From positions 1,488,001 through 1,552,000 of the forward strand of contig MU008155.1 of the NCBI GenBank assembly GCA_010909165.1: a stretch of 64,000 nt of DNA. The letters run 5' to 3'. How positions within the stretch are numbered: position 1 is the first letter of the stretch; every line of letters starts with the position of its first letter. A program made the translations under genes and the position numbers. Under the pieces are notes generated by a model. It was given only the letters and a program-made list of their open reading frames with translations, did not search any database and was not told where the DNA came from. This DNA comes from Anthoceros angustus. Taxonomy: Eukaryota > Plantae > Anthocerotophyta. Positions 12,976 through 26,367 of the stretch are shown here, piece by piece.

Positions 12976-15680
12976 TAGACCCCGGGGTAGGTCGGTCAAG
13001 ATCTGTTTTATTCGTAAGCAACCGATTTTAGATTTCTAGCTGCGGTCCATTCGAGGTTGGAAGGCTTCTTCAATTGATTGAGGCATCCACTGCATCTCAA
13101 TGGTATAGCTTGATATAGAGCCGAGTTAACGATGAGCTTTGGTTGTTGTTGTTGTTGCACATCTTCATCTATGGCGGGTGGCAGGAGGTAAGGTGCCGAG
13201 GTTGAAGCCCTCGCTGCTGGTGTTGTCCTTCCGGCTAGGCCGGAGGCGCGACCAGCAGAGGCTCGGCGGGAGGGCTCGGTACCGGTAAGGTTACTCCGGT
13301 CAGGTGAGGTTGGGCGGGGAAGTGGGTCAGGTCCGCACTTCCGTTGGAGAGGTGGCTGACCTATGGCTTGTGGTTGTCTGGTGCAGTTGTGTGCGCTGGA
13401 GGCGGTGGGTACGAATTGTGGTGTCAGGCGGAGCTATTGGTTGAGCAATTACTGCATTCATCTCGGCCTTGCAGCCAATGATTCGTAATCAGGGTTATAT
13501 GTGTCCCCCTCAAGGTCGAGAGGAAGAAGGAGAAACCATGCAGACTAGGAGCGGTGAGGGGTTTGAGTTTGCACATATTGCGAGATAAGTATTGAGCGAT
13601 TGGTGACTTCATGAAAAACCTTATTGCGTGAGAGGAATTACTCGTGGAGTGGGTCAAGTAATGTCTGTATGCCTTGGATTGGTCGAATAGCCGATGAATA
13701 AGAGCTTACCCTTATCGTCCCATTTCTTATGGCAGGTCATCGGGGATATGAGCGAATCACGGTGCCAAAAATCCTGAAGTGAGATATGCACGGGAGCCGG
13801 CCCGTCCACCATATGGTGTGATGTTGGGAAGCTCCTTCGTGGGCGATCGGTTTTAAGATAGTTGGTAGAAACGGCTTCCGCCAAGATCCTTATGTATAGC
13901 CCGACTGAGCAGAAGCGAGATATTTCCGCAATGATCCGTGACCCTTTACGCAAAAGGGTTTTGGGCTGGTGTATAAGGTACAGTAAGCTGCGTTTGATGC
14001 CTTGGTTGTGCGATTCTGGAAGGAGTGACTCGGTATTCTCGGCGTTGTTCCGATCATGTATATCCGCAGCGAAAAAGCTTTTGAATCTTACCATGATTCA
14101 CTGCAGACCAACATGTTCTCTTAGGAGCGATAGCGCCACGGCCGTAGTGGCAGTGCACCGCAACGCCTCTCACAGGCCGAATGGAGAATGTCTCCTTATC
14201 ACTGGAGTCCTGCATGTCCCCCGCATGACCAAGAACCTGCTGTCAGTCCGAAAGCTAGCCACGGAACACAACTTAGTCATCACCTTTCAGGGTAACCACT
14301 GCCTTATTCATAGATTCCGTGACCCATCCAAGACTATCCTAGCTCATGGCCTCCTTACAACGATCTCTATCTTCCTCAATATCCAACAACTTTGCTTTCG
14401 ACCCGTAAGTCACCACAGAACCCTCTCAAGTCGGCTCCCTCTTATGGCCCGGTGGTCACCTCGGCCGCTACTTGAATTCCCAGCCCAACCATGTATCGGG
14501 ACCCAATCTCGGAAAATATCTCCAGACTGAGCGAGATCCGTCAATACACCCTTGAACGCTACCTTTCAATGACCCCTTACCTACAAGAGCGAAGCGTTTG
14601 CTGCGAGAGTCGCCCACTCGGACATCTGGCCCAATGAGTACATCCTCTTTGGTGGTCCTTCTATTTTTGACATTCCTCGACGAATGGAGCCGCTTATTGC
14701 CGCGTATATACTCTCAAGCACAGACCAGGCCCTTCAATGCTTCCGGAGTATGTCACTGGAACGGCACACAGACTTGATTATGCCGAATCCGAGACCATTT
14801 GCTTTCATCGTTCTCGTGAGTGTTAAGCACGAAGAACAGAGGTTGGAGAAGTGACTTTGTGCTTGTGTAGTGGGATTCACGAGGTGCATCGAATCGGGTT
14901 CCCAGCCAAGTTTCTTCGCACTCATTTTCAAAGTGCCGTGAATACGGCACCAGCCATCGGGCCTTGGTCCTATGGCGCGTTGCTTGTTGATACTGAAAGA
15001 TGGTTGAGAAAAGGGCCTTCGCGCTTGGAAGTTGCCGCGGCCGCCACCTCTTCTGGCGTCGCGTCCTCTTGATGTGAAGAGTGCATGAGTGCTGGATGGG
15101 ACTGGCTTGTGGCTTGTGGATCTATTGGATTCCTCCTCAAGGAGAGCTGCAACCACCTCGGAAAGTGTGTAGTTGGGTTGCTGCCATATGCACAGTTGAT
15201 AGCGCTCTAATTGCTGGAATTTGAGCCGATGAATGTCTCAGACTAAGCAGAGAGATGTCGGTCGCTTGAAGCGATCTCGATCTCTAAACTCTGGTTGTAT
15301 TCACAATTTGAGCCATGAGTGTACTCTTCGTGCAAGACAGGTGAGTTTCGCAAGCAATTTGGTTGTATGAAAGCGGGAAATGGGGCACTCTTTGCTTCCG
15401 ATTCATTATTTGTGCATATGTGTTGGAAATGGCGACGAGGTGCCTCCATCTCGACGATTTGATTAGAAATCATGCCTCGAGATGGTCTTGGAGGAAAGCG
15501 AGGAGTTGATATGCGTCAGAAGCGTGCGGTGGCACGCTACCTTGCGAAGTCTTAGAGTACTTCTTGCATCCTGAAAATAGCCAAGCTAATCCAAAGAAAT
15601 ATGATGTTCTCGGTAGCGTCACCGCGCCGCCGCGGGCGAGTGAGGATTCCGGCATTTCCGCCGCATTTGTCAGGACTACT
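12976..15680 (-). mobile_element. Ty1-copia remnant (gag-protease-integrase-start of RT) with internal inversion
   Basis: Minus strand has gag with WCRIH knuckle, integrase (FKSFFAA, AEAVST, LLFIGYST) and RT start (PQSIEEA...NKT..LP.G). Plus strand 14090-14737 has ITGVLHVPRMTKNLLSVRKL and HSDIW. Confidence 0.85.
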
Positions 15681-15799
15681 TGACTTCCCTTGGGGTTAAG
15701 AACAGTAGGGTTTTGTTTTTTGTAGGAGCGAGGATAAAATAAGGCGGAAAAGGGAGGAATAAGCACTGGATAGCATTGGTGACCTGAGTATACCCGGAT

Positions 15800-18700
15800 G
15801 GGCAACGACCCTGACCTACTATGGCGCCGACTACGCCGTAACGGTGGATAAGTCCGGACCACCCAGTCCAAGCAGATAAGTACGCGGAAAGTAACTTAGA
15901 AGTTGAGCCGTGAGGACGACCAGGCGGCGCCACGTGGACCCCGAGTGGAGGTCGGCATGCACCGGCCAGACCGTAGCCGGGGGTCAAGGCAGTATTCACG
16001 CCTGGCGATCAGCAAGGCGGCGTAAGGCCGAGGCGGAGGCGTAAGGTCGCATTGCGCACCGCACACGATGTGGAAGAGGCGCCTTCCGCCCGCCGTTACT
16101 CCAAGGCGCGCCGGGAAGGTCCCGCGCAGCCTCGAGACACCGCAGCTCTGCGCCCGCAACCCTCGGCTATCTCTTTGAGCGCCCCACTCGAGCGTAGTTC
16201 ACCGCCGGGGTTGGAGAAGCGAACGCGAGGAGGGCGACGTGCTGCTGAACTCCGGGCCAGCCATGCCAAAGGGAGACGGGCGATGGCACCCAAAAGCCTG
16301 GAAGTTTGGGTGGAACCTCGTGGAGCGCAACATTGTGACCCGCCATCCGGACTTTGGGCCCGCCGGAGGAAGCGGGAGAATTAGTGAGGAGTGGCACTGG
16401 ATGCGCCGAGGTCCGACGCTCGACAGCCACCGGGTCCGGAGTTCGCCGAAGATGCGCAATCAAGGAGGTGCGGTCCAAGAACCTCCGGAGGACCGAGGCG
16501 ATGGACCTTGAGGTCCCGAGGCGCCTACAACCGCCCAAAGGAGGAAGAAGGGGAGGTGCCGAGCCCCTCAAGGCGGGGGAAGATAGGGCCGCCGCGGCGC
16601 CGAGGCTCGACGCAGGACCACCAACGGGTTGATATCCGACCCACCGGACAATGAGTAAGGGCGGTAGCCCGGATCATTGTCCATTGAACTCGCCACCAAG
16701 GTGGATCACCTTGGTGATAACTCGCTGGTATTCTCCGCGCGCGCTGGGGAAGAGGGCGGACTGGGAAGGATTATCTTCGCCTGTTTAGCCAGAGGCCCGC
16801 AAGCTGGACCGAGAAGCCTCGCCATCTGGCCGCCCCCATACCGATCCATGTATGGGGACATTTCGAGCTCAAGGAGGGAGAGCTTGAGCGGGCGCCCGGA
16901 AAGGACCGAGGCCCCGCCGGAAGTGGAGCTGCAAGGGCGCCCGAGGGGGAGGCCGACTCAAGGCCAAACGGACCCGGAGGAGGACGATCGAGGGATTCCT
17001 GACTCCATACGTCTGAACGGACCCCTCACCACCTGTGGAAGTATGGAGGAAATTCGCCTCCTCCTCCCCGGTGCCCCAACCGAGCAGTGCCAGCAGAAGC
17101 GGCCTGACCCCAATAGCCCCGCCCACCACAACCATACCAAGGAGCTCACGACTGTGAGGGAACCAAGAGACGCAAGACATGTATTAACGCACCTCGGGAC
17201 CAAGACTTACCCCCGCCACGAGTGGCAAGAAGCGGAGGAAGTGTAAGGAGGGCGAAGGGACGCCTGTGAGCAGGAGGACTGCAGCACTGCACGAGCCGGC
17301 CTCCGCCACAGAAGGCAAAAGGCTTGCTCTGACTCTCACCTCCTCCGAGCCCTGGAGAAAAAGGGCGAGAAGGAGCTCGCGCCAAAAGGGCCAAGGAGGG
17401 TGAAGCTCCGAGCCAAAGACTCGTGACCTAAGGGTCCCGATTAGGTCCGAGAACCCACCGACTTACTCCGACACATGGAGGTCCTCGGATCGGAAATGCC
17501 GGCTCCGCTACGGACTTTGTGGGAGCCTCACGCGGCCGTAAGTCAGCTGAAGAAACACGGCGCCATGGACAGAGATGCTTTGGGGTCTCATGGATGGCCG
17601 AGAAGACCTGTGGAGGTAGAAGCCACCCGTGAGGCGCATGGTACCTCCGTGAGCAGCTGAGGGGCCCAGGAGGCAGAAGGAAGGCCCGATTGAGGAAGGG
17701 AAACGCCGAGGCCGAGAGGGAAGTCCGTCCATCCGCAAGGACCGGACAAATTCCTTCACCGGAGGAGCAGCTGGCAAAGCAAGGAGGCCCAAGGCGGGCC
17801 GAGGACCTCAGCAGGGGGTAGCGCAGAAGCTAAGAGGCCCGCGAGCGAGGGCTCGGACGGCGGCACCAGACCGCCGTCGGAGCCAGAGGCCGAAGTGTGA
17901 AGGTGGCCAAGGAGGCGGGTTACCGCAGGCCGATCGCGATCACGCTGATCGAACCCTGGAGGGAGGCGGCCGGGTAGCCACGGCCAACTGGCCGAGCAAA
18001 GAAGCACGACGAGCCGTAACACTGAGGCCAAGACCCGGAAATCGGGACCCCTCAGCACTGGCAGGAGGTAGAAGGAGGCGCAGGAGCCGGAGGAAGGACA
18101 CCTTGGAGTTACAACCCAAGACGCTACGAGCAGCAAGGGGTTCTCAACGAGAATCTGAGGGAGATAGAGCGCCCAGCCTCAAGATGTGGAGGATGGAGCA
18201 AGCCACCAGCCTGTGAAGTTCGCGACAAGGAGATGGAGGATCTCCCTCCCCGGAGGTGGAGCAAAGAAGGTGAGATGGAAGACCGCAAGGAGACTTTGAG
18301 TCATTCAAACTACCATTGAGAGGAATGGTAGTCTGCAGACATGGTCGCGAACGCGAACGGAAATAGAGCGCCCGCCTGCTGGCGATGGCGGACGGGCGAT
18401 GGAACAGGAGCAGACGCCGCCGAGATGGAGAAGGGCTGGCGAAGCCCGCACCGCAGAAGTTGCCCGACCGTCGAGAGGGAGATGGCGGAGCGCCGTAATG
18501 GACAAAGAGAGCACCGAAGCGATAAGAAGTCCGGGTCCAGCTTGAGGAAGGCGGAAGGGGAACGCCGCGTTATGGCTGGGTGTCGGGCAAATGGAGGAAG
18601 CGGGAGTTGGAGCAACAAATGACTGGAGGTGACCGAGGCACTGCACAGAAGCAACCCGCCTCCATCAAACTCGGGAGGTGGTCGGGCAAAGACGCCACCC

Positions 18701-19950
18701 GAGCACCTATGGCGGGAGACGGGTGCCCGCACACGTGGAAGAGGCAATCCAACAAGTGGATTCGGACTTTGCCTATTACCGAGCTCCCTCCCGAAGGCTA
18801 GAGGCCTTCACGCAAATAGACGGACTGGAAGGCCCGGGGAAGAAGGGCATGGGGACAAGACAGGGACTCTAGGGCCCTGCTTGGAGACGACGCATGGGGA
18901 GAAGAGCCTCAAGAGGAGCGAGACGAACGGACCCTGTGGTAAGTTCACCGCAACCCGCCTGTGAGAAGGGAGGTGACGGGCCCGGGGCGCAAGGAGGGGA
19001 GCCAACCCGACCCAAGACAAGGGCTCTGGGTAGGGAAGGAGGACCCAGCAAGACGAGGTCCACAGGGGTCCGAGCTTGGGGACCGACCAGAATAAGTTCG
19101 ACCGAGGTCCGAACCTCAGAGACGAGGCCGACCCACCGCCGACTCAAAATAAGCCACTTGGAGTTCGACCGGAGTCGAGACCACCTCGAGGTCCTGACCA
19201 AGAAGGAGGAGCCCCTCTCGACTTACGCTTAGGGGAGCAGCCGGTGCCCCGGGAGGCCGGAGGATGACGGTAACGGCCGCCGCACCGCCGCCAGAGCCAA
19301 CCTCGACAGTGATTCCGGAGAGGAGGGTCCCGCCTCGCCGGATCATCCGATTGCGCCAGAATGCCGACGGGAGATTGACCACCAATCCTAAGGAACCCGG
19401 ACCTTCCCCCACCGTCACGGAAGGAGATAGGGGGATGGTAGGCGTCGATAGTATACCACCGAAATGGCCATCGCCGTATAGGGTGTAAAGACGATCGGCG
19501 AGTATAAGAGGGTCAGGGCCGCCTCAATTAAATCATCTTTCTTGGTGTTGATGCCGCTCTGCACTTTGTGTGTCTTCTGCTAACGTGAGTCCCGAGTCAC
19601 CGAAAGGTGCACGATACCTCCGGAGATTGAATGTGGTCCCGTGACTGACCTAACGGGTGGTGTGTGTGGGAGGTGACTGCCCGGTGGCTGTAGTCACTGA
19701 CCACCCAGCAGGAGCCGGAGGACTGTGAGGCCAAGCCGCAGAGTCTTGACGGAGAGGTCTTAGAACGACGGAGGAGGTCCTGATCAGTAACCCAAGGCCT
19801 TTTCCTAAGACCGATAAGTGTAGTGTGAGTGGAGAGGAGCAGACGGGCGTGAGTGGCGAGCGTGAGCAACAGACGACAGGTCCTTAAGCGTTTGGCCATC
19901 ACAAGACTGTCGGTGATTTTGCGGTAGTTAGATGTGAAGCGATAAATGTG
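15800..19950 (+). mobile_element. Probable non-autonomous LTR-retroelement remnant (GC-rich, gag-like, no pol seen)
   Basis: PBS-like TGGCGCCGAC at about 15822, degenerate gag-like stretch near 16600-16850, purine tract at about 19422-19436. No LTR pair found. Confidence 0.35.
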
Positions 19951-20399
19951 TGCGTGGAACTAAAGTAAGGAGGATCGCTGAAGCAGCGCAAGAGCTGTCA
20001 TTCCCTTGAGCGGACTCCTCCCGACACGGGATTGTCTTGGCCGGTGGCCGTCGGTAGTCAGCGCGCGCGGGGTGCGGCCGAGGCATGGCAAGGGTTGCCT
20101 AGGATCGTTGAAGCTTGCTTGAGCCGCTCGGTGCGCATCATTACAGTGGTGAAGAAAGCCCGGCCGCGAGCGTCTGTGGCCGACGGCAAGACTCCTCCGC
20201 TCACGATACCATAAAGTGCATACGAATTTCGTAAGAGAGTGTTTTGTGATTAAGGGTATCGGTACATTTATACACGTATTGGTGGTTATGTTCGGTAATA
20301 AGCTCACGGTGAATAATCGATAAAGCTATTAACCGATCTTAATTTACGTAATTGCCACATGTGCGAAACGTGCCCTAAACGAGTCCTGCCCAGTGTAGC

Positions 20400-20620
20400 C
20401 GGCGCATGGTGCACAACAAGGCAATACACAGCGAACGCCTCTTGGCCTTGTCCTTGCTCTCAAAAACCAGGTGTGCATCTGCAGGTTGTCACATTTCACA
20501 TACATGTCCACAAGGCAAGCCGATATCCACCACTACGCCATCCAGCATCCCGTGACAATCTTTACAGGCTGCTGGCCCCTGTGCAGGCACCAATGCTTCC
20601 ACTATGATATTGAAAGTAAA
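20400..20620 (-). pseudogene. PLS-class PPR gene fragment
   Basis: Minus-strand translation gives LVDMYVKCDNL then, after a frameshift, DAHLVFES. This is the typical PLS-PPR motif. Confidence 0.65.
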
Positions 20621-21602
20621 TACAATGACACACAAAAAAACCAACACTAAAAATTATTTAACAAAAATAATAAAAACAATTTAGACAAAATAAAAAACCT
20701 CCATGGATTGGATCCCCGCCGTCATGGGCATGGGGCGTGAGAAGTTCCCTCTACAAATTTTATTTAAGTCCACTAAGGATGGATTTCCATTTTATTTAAG
20801 TTCACTAAGGATGAATTTCCGTTATGGAACTTGGTACTTAACAACTTGTACCATGGTGTGTGTCTAAGCTACTTACACCACCAAGGTATTCATTCCCTTT
20901 AGGCACCCCATCCAAAACATTCATTCCCTTTAGCACCCCATCTAAGTACCGATCTAAGCTCATGATGCTTGATCATAACGTTCTTATAAATGTGTGTCCA
21001 TTTGGCCTAAGCCATTTGAACCGCTCGTGCACGTACTCTATATAAATATAAAATAAATTAAAAATAAATTAATTCTTCAACATCATCGTTGTTATGCACC
21101 CAATGACGATTTACATTCAAGAAGCATTCAAGAAGGACAGGGACTCATGGCATTTCCTCAATGTGATATGTAGAATGGCACGCAGATGAAGTGGTTCTTG
21201 GTGCCACGTGGGCAATGATACCGGGGTTTCCACAAGTTGCCCGCTCTCAGGTCGACTCAATCTAAAAGACTCCTAACAATTTACAAGAAGCGCGTTCATC
21301 ATAGAGTGCGCGCCACAGTCCAGCTAGATACTAAACAACGACCGATGTACAACTCCGCAGAGTGAAGAGTCGTCTCCAACTCTGCATGAGCTAGGAACAG
21401 TTTGGACACTCATTCCAGCAGCATTTGTCACCAATGGGTAGACAGGAAGTAAACAGGCCGCCTCTTGACACTCCTACATATCCGATCGGGTCCCACGAGC
21501 TTGAAACAGACTACATCCATTCGGCACTTGATCCCCGAGTGTGTGACCCAGCGTGGCCACTCTAGCAAAACTCCCGAGACAGCTGCAGAGCTGATCACAT
21601 GT

Positions 21603-23121
21603 TTACTGTGACTTACCAGCTTGCAGTGCATCGCTGAGGCGCTTCAGACCATCACCTATGTTGTTCAGGGCGGCGATATAGCCGGTTCCAAGCTGTGATG
21701 TGATAGTGATGAAGTCCTTGTGCCTCTTATCTTTCCTCTCTTCTGCTTCTTGCAATACGGCAATGAGCTTGCCATTATTTTTCTCCATAAGAGACGCAAT
21801 TCCCTCTGGAGCTTTCGGGGTAAACTTCCTCTTTTTCCCTGTTGCTAACCCGTTCTCCGCATCGTTGCCAGCTTCCAAGTCTGATTGGTCTCCAGGACTG
21901 CCCACAACATTGTGTGATCCACCTGCAGCTGCCCACACACTTTGATCAGCTCCCTTGTTCCTGGTCAGAACCAAAAAGCATCACGAACATGGACTCTCCT
22001 ACGAGGGTTCCTCCCAGATTCTCTAGCCTAACTCAGGACCAAACCCCTGTACGAGTCGACTTCTAATGCTTGAGAAATGCTGCTAATAAGGCACTAACCA
22101 TACAGCAGGAGTCTATGAGAAATGCATTCTAGAGCTGAAGGCAAGAATGAAATTGGGCTTTCAAAGAAGCAGAAAGAACAATGCAACAAACTGATGCCCC
22201 TTGAAGCAGAAAGAGCTATGCAACAAATTGATGACACAATACCTGTCGCCCCAGCAGGTGTCGAAGTATCCACGAGCAAATCGCTGGGATCAACTGCTCT
22301 GCTCCGGATGAACCACTTACCCAAAGCATTGTAGACCTCCCTATGAAAATTGGGAGGTAACCTCTTCTTCTTTCTGTCGTCGTTAGTCATATCCCAGTAC
22401 GATTTCTGTCCCGAAGTGACTCCCCTTTCATAGTCCTTCACTTTTTTGAAGTCAGCACCGATGCTCTCCCACTTATCCTGGCATTGCTGTGCACTTCTTT
22501 GCACAGAGTGAGCCCAGCAATGATCCTCTATCGCTTGCCACCTTTCCTGCGCAGTCTTATGCTTTTCCTTGGGGCCACCTTTCAGCTGCCTGTCTTCGTC
22601 TTCCTTCCTAGCTGCCTGGAGGACTAACACCTCATTCACCTGCTAAGCGCCAAACGTTTGCAATTAACCAGCAGCTCTGCACTTGCCATTCCGGTGCACA
22701 CAACATGCGGCTGTGACCTACAAATGCAAAAGCTCGTCTCAACATGCATGAAGAAGTCGGAAGCAAAAAGCACATACATCCAGCAGTTCGATCAGCAAAA
22801 TATAGTTCAATCCACCAATGACCCCTCACAGATAACACAGAAACCAAGATAGTGGACCACGGCGTGTGGTCAGACTCAGAATACCAGGGTGGGCTATCAT
22901 GACAAGTACTTGCCCCTCCAGCAGGCTTTCTGGATCTAGACAAAACAGCAAGAAGTGCTGCTCACCTGCCAATTGGCTTTCTTATAGATACGACCATTCC
23001 GGGAGCCTTGGCGCTCACCCATGAGGACATGGTCCTCACCTTCATTAGCCGAATCGTTCGACTGATGGTGTTGATCAGGGTCCAGCTCAGCCATCATCCG
23101 TCCTTGCGATTCGACCATCAT
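21603..23121 (-). CDS. Myb/SANT trihelix DNA-binding protein (SH4/ASR3-like), spliced; Harbinger ORF1-type
   Basis: Exon 1 ...RIYKKANWQ, GT-AG intron 22965-22640, exon 2 VNEVLVLQAARKE...WQAIEDHCW...QCQDKWESIGADFKKVKDYE...SYWDM...LPPNF. C-terminal exon KKRK...EERKDKRHK is coiled-coil-like. The start codon and the middle splice are uncertain. Confidence 0.85.
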
Positions 23122-24429
23122 GGTTCCCGACCAGGCCGGGCCTGGGCCCCGGTGGTGTACGGATGCCAGGAAACCGAGCCTTGTGACAGCAAGGCGAAGT
23201 AAAGCTGCAGCGTTCCACCCGAGCCTGTCAAAGCAAGCCGGAGCCAGACAACCCAAAGCTGCTCCCGATACCCTGAACTAAATCGGACACCACCATCCTG
23301 ACGCCACACAGGAGGCCATTAGACCTAACCGAACAGTGCAAGGCCCCATTTCCGCAACGGGCCCTAAACCACACGAGCAGCAATTGCTCCGCTAGTGCGG
23401 CCGGTCCATCCCAACCGCACTTCCTACACCCCGGACAAAGACTACTCTCCAAGAAGCTGGCTCCGGCAGGCAGCCAGCAGAGTACTAGAACACCTCCCAA
23501 CTCCGGTCCGGCAAGAGCATCGGACAAGAAAGAAGCGCCCCCGAAATGAGGCCCGGCCGCGGCACCCCAGCAGCGACCGCAAGAGCCAACAGCCCAGCAC
23601 TAAGATAATCCGTCACCAGGGGGCAGCAAGAACACGGCGCATGCCACCACCCCAGCTCCGCATCCCGCAAAAACCTGCAAACCCCGCCAAGGCCCGACAA
23701 GAAGGCCTGCCCGCAGAATTGAAAGGGAAATTGGCAAAGGCAACAGGCAGGCGACAACCACCCCCGCGAGAAGGCCAGCAGGCTCACGGCCAGCAGGCGG
23801 GAAGTGAAGGCGAGGCTGGACGGGCGGGGCGAAGGGAGAGAGGGGAGAGGAGAGAGGCAGGGGCGATGTCCCAGCGGCCGGACCCGGAACAGGAGGAAGA
23901 GGCAGGCAGGCAGGCAGGGGGAAGCCCAGGATGCCTGGCCGCGGCTGAGAGGAGGGCAAAGCGGGGCGAGGCGGGGCGAGACGGGGCGGCCGCGCTCCAG
24001 CGGCTCCGAGATGGGAACAGAACTCGCAACAAGGGTGGCGGGTGCGGGTGCCGGGCGGCGAGGCAGACAAGAGAGATGGAAGATGCGATGCCCTCGCACC
24101 TCGCATTGTTTGCACATCTGCTAACGTAGTTTCGGATTGTCTAACTTAGAGCTAACGACCTAACTTTGCACGACTAAGGAGCTAAGGATGGATTTTAGTG
24201 AGGTTAGCTAGTTCGGGCTTAGGAAAGGTGGTGGCGAGGTTTGAGTTTGTGATGGAGTTGCAGTGTGAAGACAGGATAAAGCGAAACGAAGGGGGAAGCG
24301 AGTGTACTCCGTGACCTGCTGGGCAGCGAGCTGCGGACGGCGACGGGGATGTGCGAGGTGCGGGAGGCTGCGGAGGGATTCGGGGCGTAGTGTGGATGGG
24401 GCGGTGAGGGGGAGCCTGCGGGGAGGACC

Positions 24430-25870
24430 ATGGACGGGCCGCCGATGCAGTCCAGCCTGGCCCCCGAAACGCAGGAGGCTATGGTGGGGGCGCTGATGGC
24501 CACAGCGGCCGCTATCAATGTGGCGACGCAGTTTTTGGCGGGGAATTCTACCACCAATCCGGTGGCGTTGGCCAAGATGATTGAGGAGCAGGAGGAGAGC
24601 AGCACGGACCTGATCGCCACCGTGGTGAATGGATATGTGAATGACCCCCTGCTGGTGCACATGACGGACATGCTGCCGAGCACGCAGCTTTTCGGGACGC
24701 GGCGGATGTCGTCGCAGTGGTACATCAAGCCGCGGTCCAAGATGGAGATTGCGGTGCAGAACGAGGATATGGCGCTGTGGAAGCAGTTTTTCAGGGTTTC
24801 GAAGAGTTGCTTTGAGTACATATGCTCGCTGGTGGCGCCGGATTTGCAGTCCAGGACTCCGGACTCGTTCAAGTTCATCGGTGGCAGGGTTATCACTGTC
24901 GATAAGCAGGTGAGGGGTTGGGGTGTTGTGTGAGCTGGTTTCGGGGTGAGGTTGTGAGGGCTCACGATGTGGTGTGTTGGATTAGGTTGCGATTGCTTTA
25001 AGGAGGCTGTCGCACGGGGAGGGGACTAATACTATTGGCGATATGTTCGGTGTTGCCAAGAATACGGTGAGTAAGATCACTTGGCGGTTTGTGAAAGCCA
25101 TAACGAGGGCAGGGGGCCACCACCTGCAGTGGCCTCATGGAGCTGACATGGATATGGTGAAGGAGGGCATCAGAAGCATGCATGGTTTCCCCAACTGCTG
25201 TGGTGTTATGGACGTTACGCACATACAGATCGAGCTTCCAGCTGGAAATGCTGCTGCTGATTGGGAGGACAGGGAGCACAACTACAGTATGATTTTGCAA
25301 GCTATCGTGGATGCCAACTTCAGGTTTTTGGACGTTTTTGCTGGCTGCCCTGGGAGTGTGTATGATTCCCGGGTCCTTCGAATATCTGGGTTTTACAGGG
25401 ATTGTGAGAACGGGGTGCGTTTGAACGGCCCTCAGGAGGTGATTCACGGCTTCCCGCTGAACGAATATGTCATCGGGGACGCTGCGTTTCCTCTTCTACC
25501 ATGGCTCATCACTCCCTACACGCCGGCAGAAATATGCTTCTCCCAGTTCAGGCATGAATTTAACTTGAAGCATGCCGCCACCCGAGTTGTTGTGGATGAT
25601 GCTTTTGCAAGGTTGAAAGGCGCTTGGCGAATTCTACATGGCCTGTTGCGCCACCCTGATATTCAGAAGTTGTCGCACATCATTTACGTCTGCTGCCTGC
25701 TTCATAACATCATGATTGACACAGGGGAGGAGTTTGACGAGAATACTTGTCCACTGGTCGGCCACCATGATGAGGGCTACTTTCAGCAGATTTCATTGAC
25801 AGCTGAGGAACGGGGCAAGCACAAGAGGGCTGTTCTCACGGACTACCTTGCCGCAGCAGATTTTGCCTGA
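24430..25870 (+). CDS. Harbinger/PIF-type DDE nuclease, ALP1/HARBI1-like (2 exons, about 454 aa)
   Basis: Exon 24430-24909, phase-0 intron, exon 24986-25870. Motifs DKQ|VAIALRRL, NCCGVMDVTHI, YSMILQAIVD, GDAAFPLLPWLITPY, CCLLHNIMID, HHDEGY. Confidence 0.93.
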
Positions 25871-26311
25871 CTTGTCACTACTTTTTTCTGGGTGGAAAAC
25901 TAACACAAATCAGCACTGACATCCGCAGCAACAAGGAAGTCTAAGACACTGTACATATTGCCCGTTTTATCAAACGCTGTGGCGCTGCTTTTGCTCCATC
26001 CGGTGATGTGATAATCTAGGGCCTTTTAGAGTTTTTGTCAGAGCTTGCCTATCTGAGTTGTCAGGTGGGTGATATTTTCCTTTCTTGAACCTTAGACGGA
26101 GGGTATTGATTTTCCTAACAATGAAGGTTTAGTTTTCCCCTCATACTTTTCCTCCTTTTGAACTAACGCATGCAACACTTCTCATGAGATGTTCACCAAC
26201 CTTGAAACTTGTGTTATGTTGGAAGAGGTACGTCCACCAGGTCAGCGTCACCCACTTGGAAATCGAAAAGATGTCCTAGAATCTCGGCAGACGATATACT
26301 CTCGTATTGAA

Positions 26312-26367
26312 CTCGTTTTCCTTCTGAAGGGTTGCTCGGCCTCGTTTTCCTTCTGAAGGGTTGCTCG
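26312..26367 (+). repeat. 27-bp direct repeat x2 (CTCGTTTTCCTTCTGAAGGGTTGCTCG)
   Basis: Two identical copies with 29-bp period. Confidence 0.9.

Noticed and set aside
19465-19480. TGGCCATCGCCGTAT as the left Harbinger TIR
   Set aside because: Mismatched to the candidate TIR and lacks a TTA flank.
15500-20300. LTR pair for the GC-rich element
   Set aside because: No matching direct repeats found by eye at the two ends.
23395-24129. Long GC-rich ORFs (244, 210 and 171 aa) between the Harbinger genes
   Set aside because: Overlapping low-complexity Arg/Pro/Ala frames on both strands with no motifs; likely shadow ORFs in a divergent promoter region.
26312-26367. CRISPR-like direct repeats
   Set aside because: Only two copies with a 2-bp spacer, in a eukaryotic context.
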